Shown one piece after another: positions 8,540 to 17,786 of a stretch of DNA of 63,133 bases. The position numbers and the translations under genes were made by a program. The notes below the pieces were generated by a model. It did not search any database, was not told the DNA's origin, and worked only from the letters and a program-made list of their open reading frames with translations. This DNA comes from a virus. Lineage: Duplodnaviria; Caudoviricetes. Numbering within the stretch: the stretch's first letter is position 1; every line of letters begins with the position of its first letter. Location of the stretch: positions 1 through 63,133 of the IMG/VR virus record IMGVR_UViG_3300005534_000015. One strand, written 5' to 3'.

Positions 8540-8617
8540 TTCCCTCGTCTTCAGTATAGCAAAGCGAAGCGGAGAGAGCCGCTGGATTTTCTTTGGTTTC
8601 GGAGGTACTATAATGGG
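8540..8617. promoter_or_regulatory. Divergent promoter region
   Basis: Leftward GCTATACT (8553-8560) and rightward GGTACTATAAT (8604-8614); gene orientation switches here. Confidence 0.55.
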
Positions 8618-8959
8618 GTGAAAAAGGCCGATTTGATCAAAAGACTTTTGGAAGTGACGGAACAACTGCACGCGTTGGAGACGGAGGTCGTCTCCCTGGA
8701 AATTCGCCGCCAGGAGCAGGAGTTCATGGTGAAAACGCGGGAGAGCGCCCTGCTGGCCGACGAGAGCGGCGTGATTACGGGGCGGAATGCGGAGACGCGG
8801 GCCGCGCAGCTCTGGGGGATGACGCAATCCGAGAAGGTCCTCGTGCTGGATCTGGAGGCGCAGGTGATGCGCGGGAAAGCGGATTTGAATCACCTGCGGA
8901 CCTTACACAAGTCTCTTCTGGCGATAAGCGCGTTGCTTTCGCCTTCTTCGTTACAATAA
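8618..8959 (+). CDS. Coiled-coil hypothetical protein
   Basis: GTG start 6 nt after TACTAT (possibly leaderless); MKKADLIKRLLEV... Confidence 0.6.
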   Translation: MKKADLIKRLLEVTEQLHALETEVVSLEIRRQEQEFMVKTRESALLADESGVITGRNAETRAAQLWGMTQSEKVLVLDLEAQVMRGKADLNHLRTLHKSLLAISALLSPSSLQ

Positions 8960-8981
8960 GGGTACAGAGGAGGGATGCGAC

Positions 8982-9284
8982 ATGGACGGAATTGGTGGCG
9001 GACTCGACAAGCAGGGCTGGTATTCGCCGTCGGGTGGTAACGGCCCGGTGGCGGAGATGGATGGTCGAGCGAACGGCTGGGCGGGGCTGGAGGATCAGAT
9101 CCCCGTGGGGCCGCACGATGGCTTCGGGATGAAGTCGTGGCCGATTGGCCCGCACCCGCAGATGGACTACGGCTCCGGCCTTGCGGAAGGCACGCAGCGC
9201 GGCGACACCATTCTCTCGGCCGTTGAGGGCTGGGATAAGGGCTGGCACGCCGAGGCGTGGGGCGGAGACGGAGACCTCGGTTAA
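8982..9284 (+). CDS. Gly/Trp/Asp-rich hypothetical protein
   Basis: GAGGAGG RBS; CGTTACAATAA motif upstream. Confidence 0.6.
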   Translation: MDGIGGGLDKQGWYSPSGGNGPVAEMDGRANGWAGLEDQIPVGPHDGFGMKSWPIGPHPQMDYGSGLAEGTQRGDTILSAVEGWDKGWHAEAWGGDGDLG

Positions 9285-9568
9285 TGTTTTTCGGGCGCCT
9301 GCGTCGGATTGAGGCGAGACTGGCGCGTTTAGAGGAGGAGATGATGACACAGGCAGATTTTCAGGCGGTGCTGGCCTCGCTGAAGCAGGCGGTGACCGAT
9401 GTGGGAACGCGCGTTGCGGCGAAGTTGACGGAGCTGGAAGGGCAGATCGCGGCGAATGTGCCGGTCGACCTGTCGGCGGAAGCGGCCTCGATCAACGAGG
9501 ACATCGCTTCCCTGAGTCAGATCGTGCCCGCGCCGGCCCCGGTGGTTGAACCGGCTCCGGCGGGTTAG
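9284..9568 (+). CDS. Coiled-coil hypothetical protein
   Basis: TAATG overlap; alternative start at 9341 after GAGGAGGAG. Confidence 0.6.
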   Translation: MFFGRLRRIEARLARLEEEMMTQADFQAVLASLKQAVTDVGTRVAAKLTELEGQIAANVPVDLSAEAASINEDIASLSQIVPAPAPVVEPAPAG

Positions 9569-9575
9569 AGACGCG

Positions 9576-9737
9576 ATGCTGATCTTGTTAGCGGCGGCAA
9601 CGGGAGTGACGCTGACGGAGGTCTGCGCGGCACTGGTTGCGGTAGCCGGAGTCGCCAAGGTGGTTTACGAAACGGCTAAGGTCAGGGAAGAAGTGCGTCT
9701 GGCTGCGGCAAAGGCGAATAAGGAAACTGGAGGATGA
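9576..9737 (+). CDS. Small hydrophobic membrane protein
   Basis: Hydrophobic N-terminal half and basic tail. Confidence 0.5.
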   Translation: MLILLAAATGVTLTEVCAALVAVAGVAKVVYETAKVREEVRLAAAKANKETGG

Positions 9738-9768
9738 GTCGGGGCCGCTCAATGAGCGGCCCTGATTC
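9736..9768. terminator. Hairpin between convergent genes
   Basis: GGGCCGCTC-AAT-GAGCGGCCC stem, extendable with G-U pairs. Confidence 0.6.
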
Positions 9769-9770
9769 GG

Positions 9771-10571
9771 TTACTTCTTTGTAGCACGCTTGGCTTTTTG
9801 TTCCAGATATATTGCGTTGCAGCAGGTGATGCAGCGCGAGTTGGGAACGACTTTTCCATATTTTGTAGTGACGGGATAGAATAGTTCATTGAGTTTAATC
9901 TTATGGCATCGCCCGCATTCTCGTTTCTTTTCGCCCTTGAAGAGTTTTTGATATCTTCGCTTGCAATCTGACCGTTGATGCATTTCTTCGGAGTCGCACT
10001 CCTTACATTTCGGTCGGTTGGGCTCCGGTCCTGGCTTTCCAGAGGGATGGAATTCGGAGCGAGACTTGATCTTGTGACAACCTGAGCATTCCTTTTCAGT
10101 TGCGGACTTGAAGTATCTTTTCTGGGAATGAGTGGTGAGAGCTTTTTCAGGATCGATGCCTTTTCGAATTCTTCTGATCAGTTGTTGGTGGCTGATGTTG
10201 AACCGTGGATCTTTTACCCAATCCTGAACACATTTGGTTTCACCAAACGCGGTTACAATGATGTTGTTTCGTTTGTTGCGACTTTGTTCTCGCCGCGTAG
10301 ACCAGCGACAGTTCTCGGGGCAGTAATTCTTATCGTTGTCGATCCTGTCAATGGTCAGGCTGGGGTCGTAACCGTGGGTGACCGCCCAAAGGCGAAATGC
10401 CTCGAAATTATCGCGCCATTCGTCGCACATGACGATGCCTCGCGCGCCGTAGTTCTTGTAGGGACGGTGCGTCGGGTAGTAGCAGCGCATGTGGATGAAG
10501 GTCCAGATGCTTCGCAGGCGAAGCGCCTCGTCACTGTCAACCGGCGGCGAGGAGATATCGGCACGGTTCAT
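9771..10571 (-). mobile_element. Free-standing HNH-type homing endonuclease with two C-terminal C4 Zn fingers
   Basis: YKNYGARGIVMCDEW...LTIDRIDNDKNYCPENCRWST; CxxC pairs; antisense to the virion genes. Confidence 0.8.
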
Positions 10572-10634
10572 GGAACGCCTCCCTGTCGTATATACGGGAA
10601 AAGGAAAGAGGAACAGGTTTCATCTGTCCCTATT

Positions 10635-10663
10635 AGTTTATCGGAGTAGTGACGAAATGTCAA
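10635..10663 (-). promoter_or_regulatory. Sigma70-type promoter for the HNH gene
   Basis: TTGACA-17 nt-TAAACT on the minus strand. Confidence 0.7.
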
Positions 10664-10729
10664 CCCCCTTCGGGTTGGTATTTGTAGGCTAAAGTTCGGC
10701 CTAGAAGAGGAATTGTTACAGCCGTCGAA

Positions 10730-12532
10730 ATGATGGGGGCGCCTTTCCAACCCTTCCCAGACCCAGGAAAGAAACGAGGGGTAATATCAAAGCTTGGGAG
10801 CAAGATTCTCAAAGTTTTGCTTCGCGGAGATGTTACGACTTATCCTCAGCTTTCGGGGAAAAATACCTCGGAATTAGGTGCAGGCGAGGCGGCATTCAGT
10901 TCATTTTCCTCGACCTACTGGAAAATTGGCTGGGATAGGAGGGCGGTCTATTCAGATTTGCGCGAGATGGATTCATCAGATCCGCTCATCTCAACGGCCC
11001 TTGACATCATTGCAGATTGTGCTACGGGCTACGAAGATACCTCAGTAGATAGCTTCGAGTGGCTCATGGACCGCAACGATGACCAGGCCAAAGCCGCCAT
11101 GGTCATCTTGAACGAGATGAAGCTGCGCCTGGAGTTGGGCGCCGAGTGCTGGCAGATCGTGCGCGGTTTCGTGCGCAACGGGGAGGAGTTCCGCGAGGTC
11201 GTCTGGGATGAGAGCGGCATCGCTCGCCGGCTGAAGCACCTGCCTTCCTATCAGATTTCCCCGATGTTGGATGGCTTTGGCAACAAACAGCCGGGCTATC
11301 AGCAGCGGCTCGACGGGGCGCAGTACGGGAAGCCGATTGATTTCCCCGAGTGGGGCATGATCTCCTTCGTCTACGGGGCGCGGCGCGGCTGGCAGGGGAC
11401 CGGGCTGATGATGCCGGCCCGGCGCACCTGGAAGCGCCTCGTCAAGATGGAAGACGGCATGGCGCTGGCCCGTCTCATTCGCGCCTACGACAAGTACCTT
11501 CACAAGGTGCCCGTCAAGCCGGAATGGGACCTGGACCGCAACATTCGCGCTATCACCGAACACAAGCGGCAGATGACGAAGCGGTACGGGCTCGACGAGA
11601 ACAACCAACTGTTCACTCGCGAGCGGCCGTTTCAGGTGGAGACGGACATTTATCTTCCCGACGACGGCTCAGGCAAGGGTGGTGTCGAGCTGCTGTCCGC
11701 TCAGAACCAGCAGTTGATGAACGTGGATGACGTCCTCTATCATCAGGCGCTGCTGATGGCCCGTCTCAAGGTACCCAGCAAATATCTGAACCTCGTGCGC
11801 CGCAGTGGGGCGCTGACGGATGCGGGCCTCTCGGCCGAGGACATTCAGTTCGCGCGCACCCTGCGGCAGGTGCAGGCGGTGCTGCGCACCGGCCTCCTGA
11901 AGCTGGCCCATTACCAGCTCGCGTTCCAGGGTTGGGACTCAGACGAGTTGGGTGTCGGCCTGAACCTCCCCAAAGTCTCGACGGACGACCAGTATCAGGA
12001 CGCGAAGGTGCTGTTCACGATGGCGCAGGCGGCGGACCTGTTTGCGCAGGTGTTGGGCGGTCTCCCGCCCGAGCTGGTCGCGACGATGTTCATGAAACTC
12101 AAGAGTGACCAGCAAGAGGTCTTGATGGAGTGGGTCAAGGAGAACGAAGAAGAGCAGGAGGAGCTGCGGCGGCAGATGGCCATGGCCGGGAAGCTCGTGC
12201 CCGAGTTCGCCGCCGGGGCCGGCGGAACGGGAACGCCGAGCCGCCGCGGCGGAGACGGGCGCTTCCGCGTGAATGTGAACGGCAAGCTGTCGAGCGGTAA
12301 GGGTGGCAACACGGACGACGCCGGTGAGGCAGGTACGGACAGCGGGCCGGAGGACCAGGGAGTCCCGGCGGGGCTGCTGGTGAGTACGCTGACGGATCTC
12401 CAGATGTTGGTCCAAAGCGAACTGGAGAACCAGGGTCAAAGCTTCCGCATCGGCCGCGCCGAACGGCTGCACCGGACGAGAGAAGCATTGTTCGAGCGGA
12501 TTTCCGAGCAGAGAAACGGTTTCCAACTCTAG
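10730..12532 (+). CDS. Portal protein, T4 gp20-like
   Basis: REMDSSDPLISTALDIIAD, ARRTWKRLVKMEDGMALARLIRA, DIYLP, LKVPSKYL and EDIQFARTLRQVQ match gp20-family blocks. Confidence 0.85.
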   Translation: MMGAPFQPFPDPGKKRGVISKLGSKILKVLLRGDVTTYPQLSGKNTSELGAGEAAFSSFSSTYWKIGWDRRAVYSDLREMDSSDPLISTALDIIADCATGYEDTSVDSFEWLMDRNDDQAKAAMVILNEMKLRLELGAECWQIVRGFVRNGEEFREVVWDESGIARRLKHLPSYQISPMLDGFGNKQPGYQQRLDGAQYGKPIDFPEWGMISFVYGARRGWQGTGLMMPARRTWKRLVKMEDGMALARLIRAYDKYLHKVPVKPEWDLDRNIRAITEHKRQMTKRYGLDENNQLFTRERPFQVETDIYLPDDGSGKGGVELLSAQNQQLMNVDDVLYHQALLMARLKVPSKYLNLVRRSGALTDAGLSAEDIQFARTLRQVQAVLRTGLLKLAHYQLAFQGWDSDELGVGLNLPKVSTDDQYQDAKVLFTMAQAADLFAQVLGGLPPELVATMFMKLKSDQQEVLMEWVKENEEEQEELRRQMAMAGKLVPEFAAGAGGTGTPSRRGGDGRFRVNVNGKLSSGKGGNTDDAGEAGTDSGPEDQGVPAGLLVSTLTDLQMLVQSELENQGQSFRIGRAERLHRTREALFERISEQRNGFQL

Positions 12533-12546
12533 GGGGAGAAAACACT

Positions 12547-12831
12547 TTGACTGAAGAAGGCAAGCTTCTTCCGGCGGGGAGTTTGAAACGAATTCATGTC
12601 AATAAGCAGGTGATCGCGTCTAATCGTCTCCATGGGACGAACGATCCTGTGTTTACAACCAAATGGAAAGGCCGTACTTATCGAGCCCAGAAGGTGATCG
12701 TTCATGGCCCAAGTCAAATGATTAACCCCGAGAAGCCGTTGTCCTGTGGGGCTCGGGCTTGGGTAGAAACGCATTCCGCTGTGTCGTTGATCCCTGGGAG
12801 TGGCAACTTGCGCACGACAGACGATGTTTAG
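12547..12831 (+). CDS. Conserved phage hypothetical protein
   Basis: KRIHVNKQVI...KPLSCGARAWVET pattern; TTG start after GGGGAG. Confidence 0.6.
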   Translation: MTEEGKLLPAGSLKRIHVNKQVIASNRLHGTNDPVFTTKWKGRTYRAQKVIVHGPSQMINPEKPLSCGARAWVETHSAVSLIPGSGNLRTTDDV

Positions 12832-13822
12832 CGGCTGGACGCCGCCGCAGTTGCAGTGTCTCCATTCGCAGGTGACGGAGCTTTTGCACGGCTGCCGTTT
12901 GCTGCAGGCGAAGCGCCGCGAAAGAGGCGCGTGGGTCAAGCCGGGTCTTGCAGACAGCGCGGGCCAGTTAGAGAAGCTGCTGCTGGCCTCCTACCATCGT
13001 CTCGAACGCGAGGTGATGGCCAGCCTCTCCGGGCGCTCCGATGACGTGGCGACCGGGCGACTGGCCCAGGCGAAGAAACCGAAGGCGGTGACGGATGCGG
13101 AAGAAGATGCGGCGCTGGCTTATTACGAACTGGGCGAAGATGACAAGGATTCTGCTGTCGATCATTCTCGCCTTGCTGCCATCCTGACCCTGCTCCTTCT
13201 TTTCTTGCGTCGGCATCGGGCCATCGCCGATGCGAAGGCGAAAGAGTTGTTCGAGATCGGCCGGAAGAAGGCGCTCGCGGAGGTGGGGAAAACGACGTTA
13301 ACAGAAGGCCCGATCTCGACGCGGCTCAAAGACGCCGTGCTGGGCGAGTTCGACGAGGATATCCGGCGGTTGGAAACCGGGCTGCGCGATGGAACGGCCC
13401 GTAGTCCGGGGCTGGAAGCGATTGTCAAGGATTCCATGACGGTGGGCGAGGCGGCGGCGCTGCTGCGGCGGCTCTTTGATGGCGAAGAGTTCCGGATCGG
13501 AATGCTGGCCGAAGCCCTGGTCTGGCGGGCATGGCTGGACGGGTACCGGGCCGGGGCGATTGAGGTCACAAGGGCAAAGCTGCAGGCGAATGGCGTTCAT
13601 CTGACCGACGACCTGGACGTCGGTGATCTTTCGGAGAGTGATCTGGAAGGAGTGTCTATGTATCTCTGGGTGGGACCGGAGGACGAGCGGACCTGCGATC
13701 CGTGCCTGGCCCGCTTTGGAGAGCCCGTGCTGGCCCTGGATGAGAACGATCTCCTTTCCCCCGAGTCCATCTGTGCCTATTCGCGAAGCTGCCGGCATGG
13801 CTGGGAGCGGGTCGAGCCCTGA
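12824..13822 (+). CDS. Head morphogenesis / minor capsid protein (SPP1 gp7 / Mu gpF-like)
   Basis: Follows the portal; C-terminal W..DERTCDPC...C....CRH motif. Confidence 0.65.
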   Translation: MFSGWTPPQLQCLHSQVTELLHGCRLLQAKRRERGAWVKPGLADSAGQLEKLLLASYHRLEREVMASLSGRSDDVATGRLAQAKKPKAVTDAEEDAALAYYELGEDDKDSAVDHSRLAAILTLLLLFLRRHRAIADAKAKELFEIGRKKALAEVGKTTLTEGPISTRLKDAVLGEFDEDIRRLETGLRDGTARSPGLEAIVKDSMTVGEAAALLRRLFDGEEFRIGMLAEALVWRAWLDGYRAGAIEVTRAKLQANGVHLTDDLDVGDLSESDLEGVSMYLWVGPEDERTCDPCLARFGEPVLALDENDLLSPESICAYSRSCRHGWERVEP

Positions 13823-13840
13823 CGGAGAAAGAGAAGAGCG

Positions 13841-14428
13841 ATGGCTGGACATGTAGATCGTCAAGCGGCTTTAACTTTGAGCGATGGAACTCCCGTCGAT
13901 GCCACGCATGGGCTGCCGAGCACGCTGGCGAATACCCTGGACAATACCAACGACAGCATCGATGTCCCGCTGCATACGGTTCGTTTTGCTGGGAATCTGG
14001 GAGTAACGTCAGGCTCAGCTTATGCCACCGGGCAGTTGCTGGGCCTCGTTCAGACTTTTACCGGCGTGGTTCGGAATGCCGGTCTGGGGGCGGTCGTTGA
14101 TACGATCACCCTCTACGACAATTCGAAGCAGAACGCCGCCGTCGACGTCATCTTTTTTAACACCGCCACCATCTCGACGACCTACACCGACAAGGCGACC
14201 CTGGTCATTGCCGCCAGCGATGTGACGGCCCTGGCCGGGCATGTCAGCGTGTTGAGCGCCAACTATGCGTCTTTCAGCGCGAACTCCATCGCGACCCTCA
14301 CCAATGTCGGCCTGCGGCTGAAGCCGACGCCCGGCACGATTGGCTACGTACTGCTCGTTTGCCGGGGGACGCCCACGTATGCCAACTCGACGGACCTGTC
14401 GCTCGCCATCACACTCCGTCAGGATTGA
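13841..14428 (+). CDS. Virion structural protein
   Basis: Thr/Ala/Val-rich beta composition; lies in the head module. Confidence 0.55.
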   Translation: MAGHVDRQAALTLSDGTPVDATHGLPSTLANTLDNTNDSIDVPLHTVRFAGNLGVTSGSAYATGQLLGLVQTFTGVVRNAGLGAVVDTITLYDNSKQNAAVDVIFFNTATISTTYTDKATLVIAASDVTALAGHVSVLSANYASFSANSIATLTNVGLRLKPTPGTIGYVLLVCRGTPTYANSTDLSLAITLRQD

Positions 14429-14434
14429 TCTGAA

Positions 14435-15583
14435 ATGGGCTCCCTCGTCAAGAACCGCATCTATCGCGCGTCGACCGGGCTGGTCAAGGTCGCGCCGCAT
14501 GGCTATTCCGCCGGCCCGCAGTCGCTGCCGTGGGGCGGCGCCAACGGTTATCGCGAGTTCGTGACGGTGGGGCACGCGTGGCGGATGCAGAAGAGCGGAA
14601 TTATCACCCAAGTCAAGGTGCAGGGGCCATCCAGTTTAACGGGGCAGGGATTCTATTTGCGAGTCTGGCGGCGCCGGGGCGGGGCGGGCAGCCTCTACGA
14701 CGGGATCTCGGCTTCCCCCGGAGCGAATCTGATTGGGCAGATCACCGCGGGCGCGGTCAGCACCGTGACGCTTTCGCCGGGCCTGCCGGCGGCCGAGGGC
14801 GACTACCTCGGTTACCGGCTCGACGGGAATGCGCCTGATCCCGGTCCCTGGACAGCGGCGGGCAGCGTGCCCAGCACCACCACGTACTTCACGAACAACG
14901 TTACTCCCGGTGCCATCGGGTTTGCGTGGGAGGCGCAGTTTGCGCTCGCGGGCGACACGCTGCCCATTGAGGTTTACATGAGCGCGCCGACGGCAGTGAT
15001 CATCGGGGACTCGATTGTGAGTGGCTTTCCGAACCACGTCTCGTTTTTGGAGACGACGGAGACGACGAACCTGGAAGTCCCGATCAGCACCTATCTGATG
15101 CCGACGCTGCCGAGCGTCCTGAACGCGGGCATCAGCGGGAATCTGACCAGCGATATCGTGGCCCGCTTCACGACCGATTGTCTGGCGTACAATCCCCGGT
15201 ATGCCATCATCGAGGGCGGCACGAACGACATCGCGACCGGCGTCTCCTCGGCAACCATTCTCGCGAACTGGACCACCCTGCTGACGGCGACCCAGGCGGC
15301 AGGGGTGCAGGCTGTCATCCTCCTGATCCTGCCGCGCACGACGCTGACCAATGGGCAGTCGCAGCAGCGGGACAGCATCAACGCCTCCCTGACGGCCCTC
15401 GCCGCGACGTATGGAGCCATCGTGGTCAATGCCGACAGCGCGGTCGGTCTCTTCCGGGCCGGCGGCGACGCGGGAAACCACTGGGATATCCAAGCGGCCT
15501 ACGGTTATGGAGACGGCACGCATTACAATCAGGCCGGTCATACGAAAATAGCGCAAACGATTCTGACTGCGATGCGCGGCTAA
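14435..15583 (+). CDS. SGNH/GDSL esterase-domain protein (probably virion-associated)
   Basis: Blocks IIGDSI, NAGISG, GGTNDI, DGTHYNQAGH. Confidence 0.8.
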   Translation: MGSLVKNRIYRASTGLVKVAPHGYSAGPQSLPWGGANGYREFVTVGHAWRMQKSGIITQVKVQGPSSLTGQGFYLRVWRRRGGAGSLYDGISASPGANLIGQITAGAVSTVTLSPGLPAAEGDYLGYRLDGNAPDPGPWTAAGSVPSTTTYFTNNVTPGAIGFAWEAQFALAGDTLPIEVYMSAPTAVIIGDSIVSGFPNHVSFLETTETTNLEVPISTYLMPTLPSVLNAGISGNLTSDIVARFTTDCLAYNPRYAIIEGGTNDIATGVSSATILANWTTLLTATQAAGVQAVILLILPRTTLTNGQSQQRDSINASLTALAATYGAIVVNADSAVGLFRAGGDAGNHWDIQAAYGYGDGTHYNQAGHTKIAQTILTAMRG

Positions 15584-15682
15584 GGGTCTAAAACGGTCAA
15601 TATCTGACCCATGGGCTATCATAAAGACAGTGACTCTTTTGTAACCGTGAGTTCCGTCGGACGAGAGATACGGAGAATCGCC

Positions 15683-16006
15683 ATGGCCAACATCACCAAT
15701 CCCCTCGCCGTTGCCTTTGCGAACAATCAGGTGCGGCCGACTGCCGATTTGATGTCGCAGTTGTACTATACGGCCAAATCGATTGTCAATTACTGGAACG
15801 CCAATTCGATGAGCAGTATCATCCCCAATACGACGGATGTGATTGTCGACGGCGCGGCGACGGATGGGCGGCAGATTCTTACAGGGATTGCTGCTACAGC
15901 CATAATAACGGAGGCTATGGCTGTCATTACCCACTACGAGGCTTCAACGAACGCGGTTTTGAATCAAATCAAGCAGGTTGAAGTAAACGGCGGTGGGCGC
16001 TTCTAA
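15683..16006 (+). CDS. Virion-associated hypothetical protein
   Basis: GGAG RBS; MANITNPLAVAF start. Confidence 0.55.
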   Translation: MANITNPLAVAFANNQVRPTADLMSQLYYTAKSIVNYWNANSMSSIIPNTTDVIVDGAATDGRQILTGIAATAIITEAMAVITHYEASTNAVLNQIKQVEVNGGGRF

Positions 16007-16041
16007 GGATATACTAGTAATTCTTCGTGAGGCATACTTCG

Positions 16042-16347
16042 ATGACGGAACCTGTCGAGCATCTTTTGTGGTGGGAGGCCCCATGGACTGCACCGCCTGA
16101 ACTCATTCGCGTCCAGGTCAGCGAGGGACAGGCCGTGCTGGAGTTGGTGCAGGGCGCCGTCAACCCGAAGAGTGTCACGCTCACGCTGACCGCCGAACAG
16201 GCGCAGGGCCTGGCGATGAAGTTGCACGAGGCGGCGATTCGGCTTTCTCTGCCGGCCGCGCAGGCCCACGGTTTGTCGTGCTGGCTGCGAGATAACCTTT
16301 TGAGTGCTTCGGGGGCGAATGTCCCGAGCTGGCTGCGCTCCCGGTGA
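16042..16347 (+). CDS. Hypothetical protein
   Basis: GAGG RBS; GGATATACT upstream. Confidence 0.45.
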   Translation: MTEPVEHLLWWEAPWTAPPELIRVQVSEGQAVLELVQGAVNPKSVTLTLTAEQAQGLAMKLHEAAIRLSLPAAQAHGLSCWLRDNLLSASGANVPSWLRSR

Positions 16348-16355
16348 GATAAACC

Positions 16356-17786
16356 ATGGCGATCACTGCTGCCGCCGTCGGCGAAGTACGGCAAGCCACC
16401 GGGAACGACAACTGGGGCGGCTTTTTCATCGCGGGTGCCAGCGGCACCGACCGCAGCCAGGCGAACGCCGCCTTTGTCGTCATCGACAACTCGACCATTA
16501 CAACGAGCATTACCACGAACGTCATTACGTTTACTGGCGGCTATACGCCGACTGCCGCCGATATCGGAAACGTCGTGCAGATGCTGACCGGCACGAACGT
16601 TACGGCGGGTTTTTACAACATTACGGCGCAAACGTCGACGACCTGGACGGTTAACGGGAACGTCGTTACGAGCGGCACCACCACCAATGCTACCGGCAAC
16701 ATGGGTGGGGCGCTGGCGACCTTGACGAAGCTGTCCGGTGCGATGCTTGCCTCCAACAAGGCTTACGGCACAGGAAACTTTATCTCGACCGCGACCACGA
16801 CGTTCGCGCAAGCGGTCGCAAACACCTCCGCGGCCGCGCCGCCCACCCGCTTGATCGGTTACGGCAGCACGCGGGGCGACACCACTCATCTGACGGTCAC
16901 GCTCTCGACGAACACCGGTTTGACCGGCCTGAAGGCGACGGGAAACGCTTTCTTCTTCGAGCAGTGCGACGTGAACGGGTCGAGCCTGGGGACCTCCTCG
17001 GGGATCACCACGTTTACCTCGGGGTTCGTGATTCGATGCAAGGTCACCAATTGCACCACGGCGGGGATTACGTTGGGTACTTCTGCTTCCGCCGTAGAAT
17101 GTGAGGCAACCGGAAACTCGGGTGCGAATGGAGCAATCACCGGATCAGGGAACACTACCGGCCTTGTCACTCGCTGTTTCGTCCATGACAACACCAGCCT
17201 GGGCATTAATCTGGGAAGCGGGTTCGCCTGCACCTATAACATCGTCTGCAACAACAGCGGCGCCAGCTCAGACGGGATTTTCTTTTCCTCGGTGACGAGT
17301 ATCCTGAACAATACCGTCCATAATAACGGCCGGGACGGGCTGCGCGGCGCCACGAGCCAGCTCGGCATGACCATCCGCAACAACCTGCTGACGAGCAACG
17401 GCGGATTTGGCTTGAATCTGGACAATGCTGCCGCGCTGCCGGCCGCCTATCAATACGACGGCAACGCTTACTACTCGAACACCAGCGGCGCGCGCAATAA
17501 CGCCGACAGCACCGCCGGCATTTACGGCGTCAACCCTTACACGAATACGATGGACGTCACCCTGAGCGGCTCCCCGTACGTGGGACCGACCACGGGCACG
17601 AGCGCGAACTTTGCTTTGAACAACACAGCCGGGGCCGGCGCTGCCTGCCGGGCGTCGGGAACGCCGGGAACATGGCCCGGCAATACGGGGACGACGGGCT
17701 TCCTGGATATGGGGGCTGTCCAACACGCGGATACGAGCGGCAGTATTCTGGTCGCGCAGGGACTCGATGGGGGGATGAACGGATGA
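16356..17786 (+). CDS. Right-handed parallel beta-helix (pectin-lyase-like) virion protein
   Basis: Repeats of the type NNTVHNNGRDGL / NNLLTSNGGFGL; C-terminal FLDMGAVQH. Confidence 0.7.
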   Translation: MAITAAAVGEVRQATGNDNWGGFFIAGASGTDRSQANAAFVVIDNSTITTSITTNVITFTGGYTPTAADIGNVVQMLTGTNVTAGFYNITAQTSTTWTVNGNVVTSGTTTNATGNMGGALATLTKLSGAMLASNKAYGTGNFISTATTTFAQAVANTSAAAPPTRLIGYGSTRGDTTHLTVTLSTNTGLTGLKATGNAFFFEQCDVNGSSLGTSSGITTFTSGFVIRCKVTNCTTAGITLGTSASAVECEATGNSGANGAITGSGNTTGLVTRCFVHDNTSLGINLGSGFACTYNIVCNNSGASSDGIFFSSVTSILNNTVHNNGRDGLRGATSQLGMTIRNNLLTSNGGFGLNLDNAAALPAAYQYDGNAYYSNTSGARNNADSTAGIYGVNPYTNTMDVTLSGSPYVGPTTGTSANFALNNTAGAGAACRASGTPGTWPGNTGTTGFLDMGAVQHADTSGSILVAQGLDGGMNG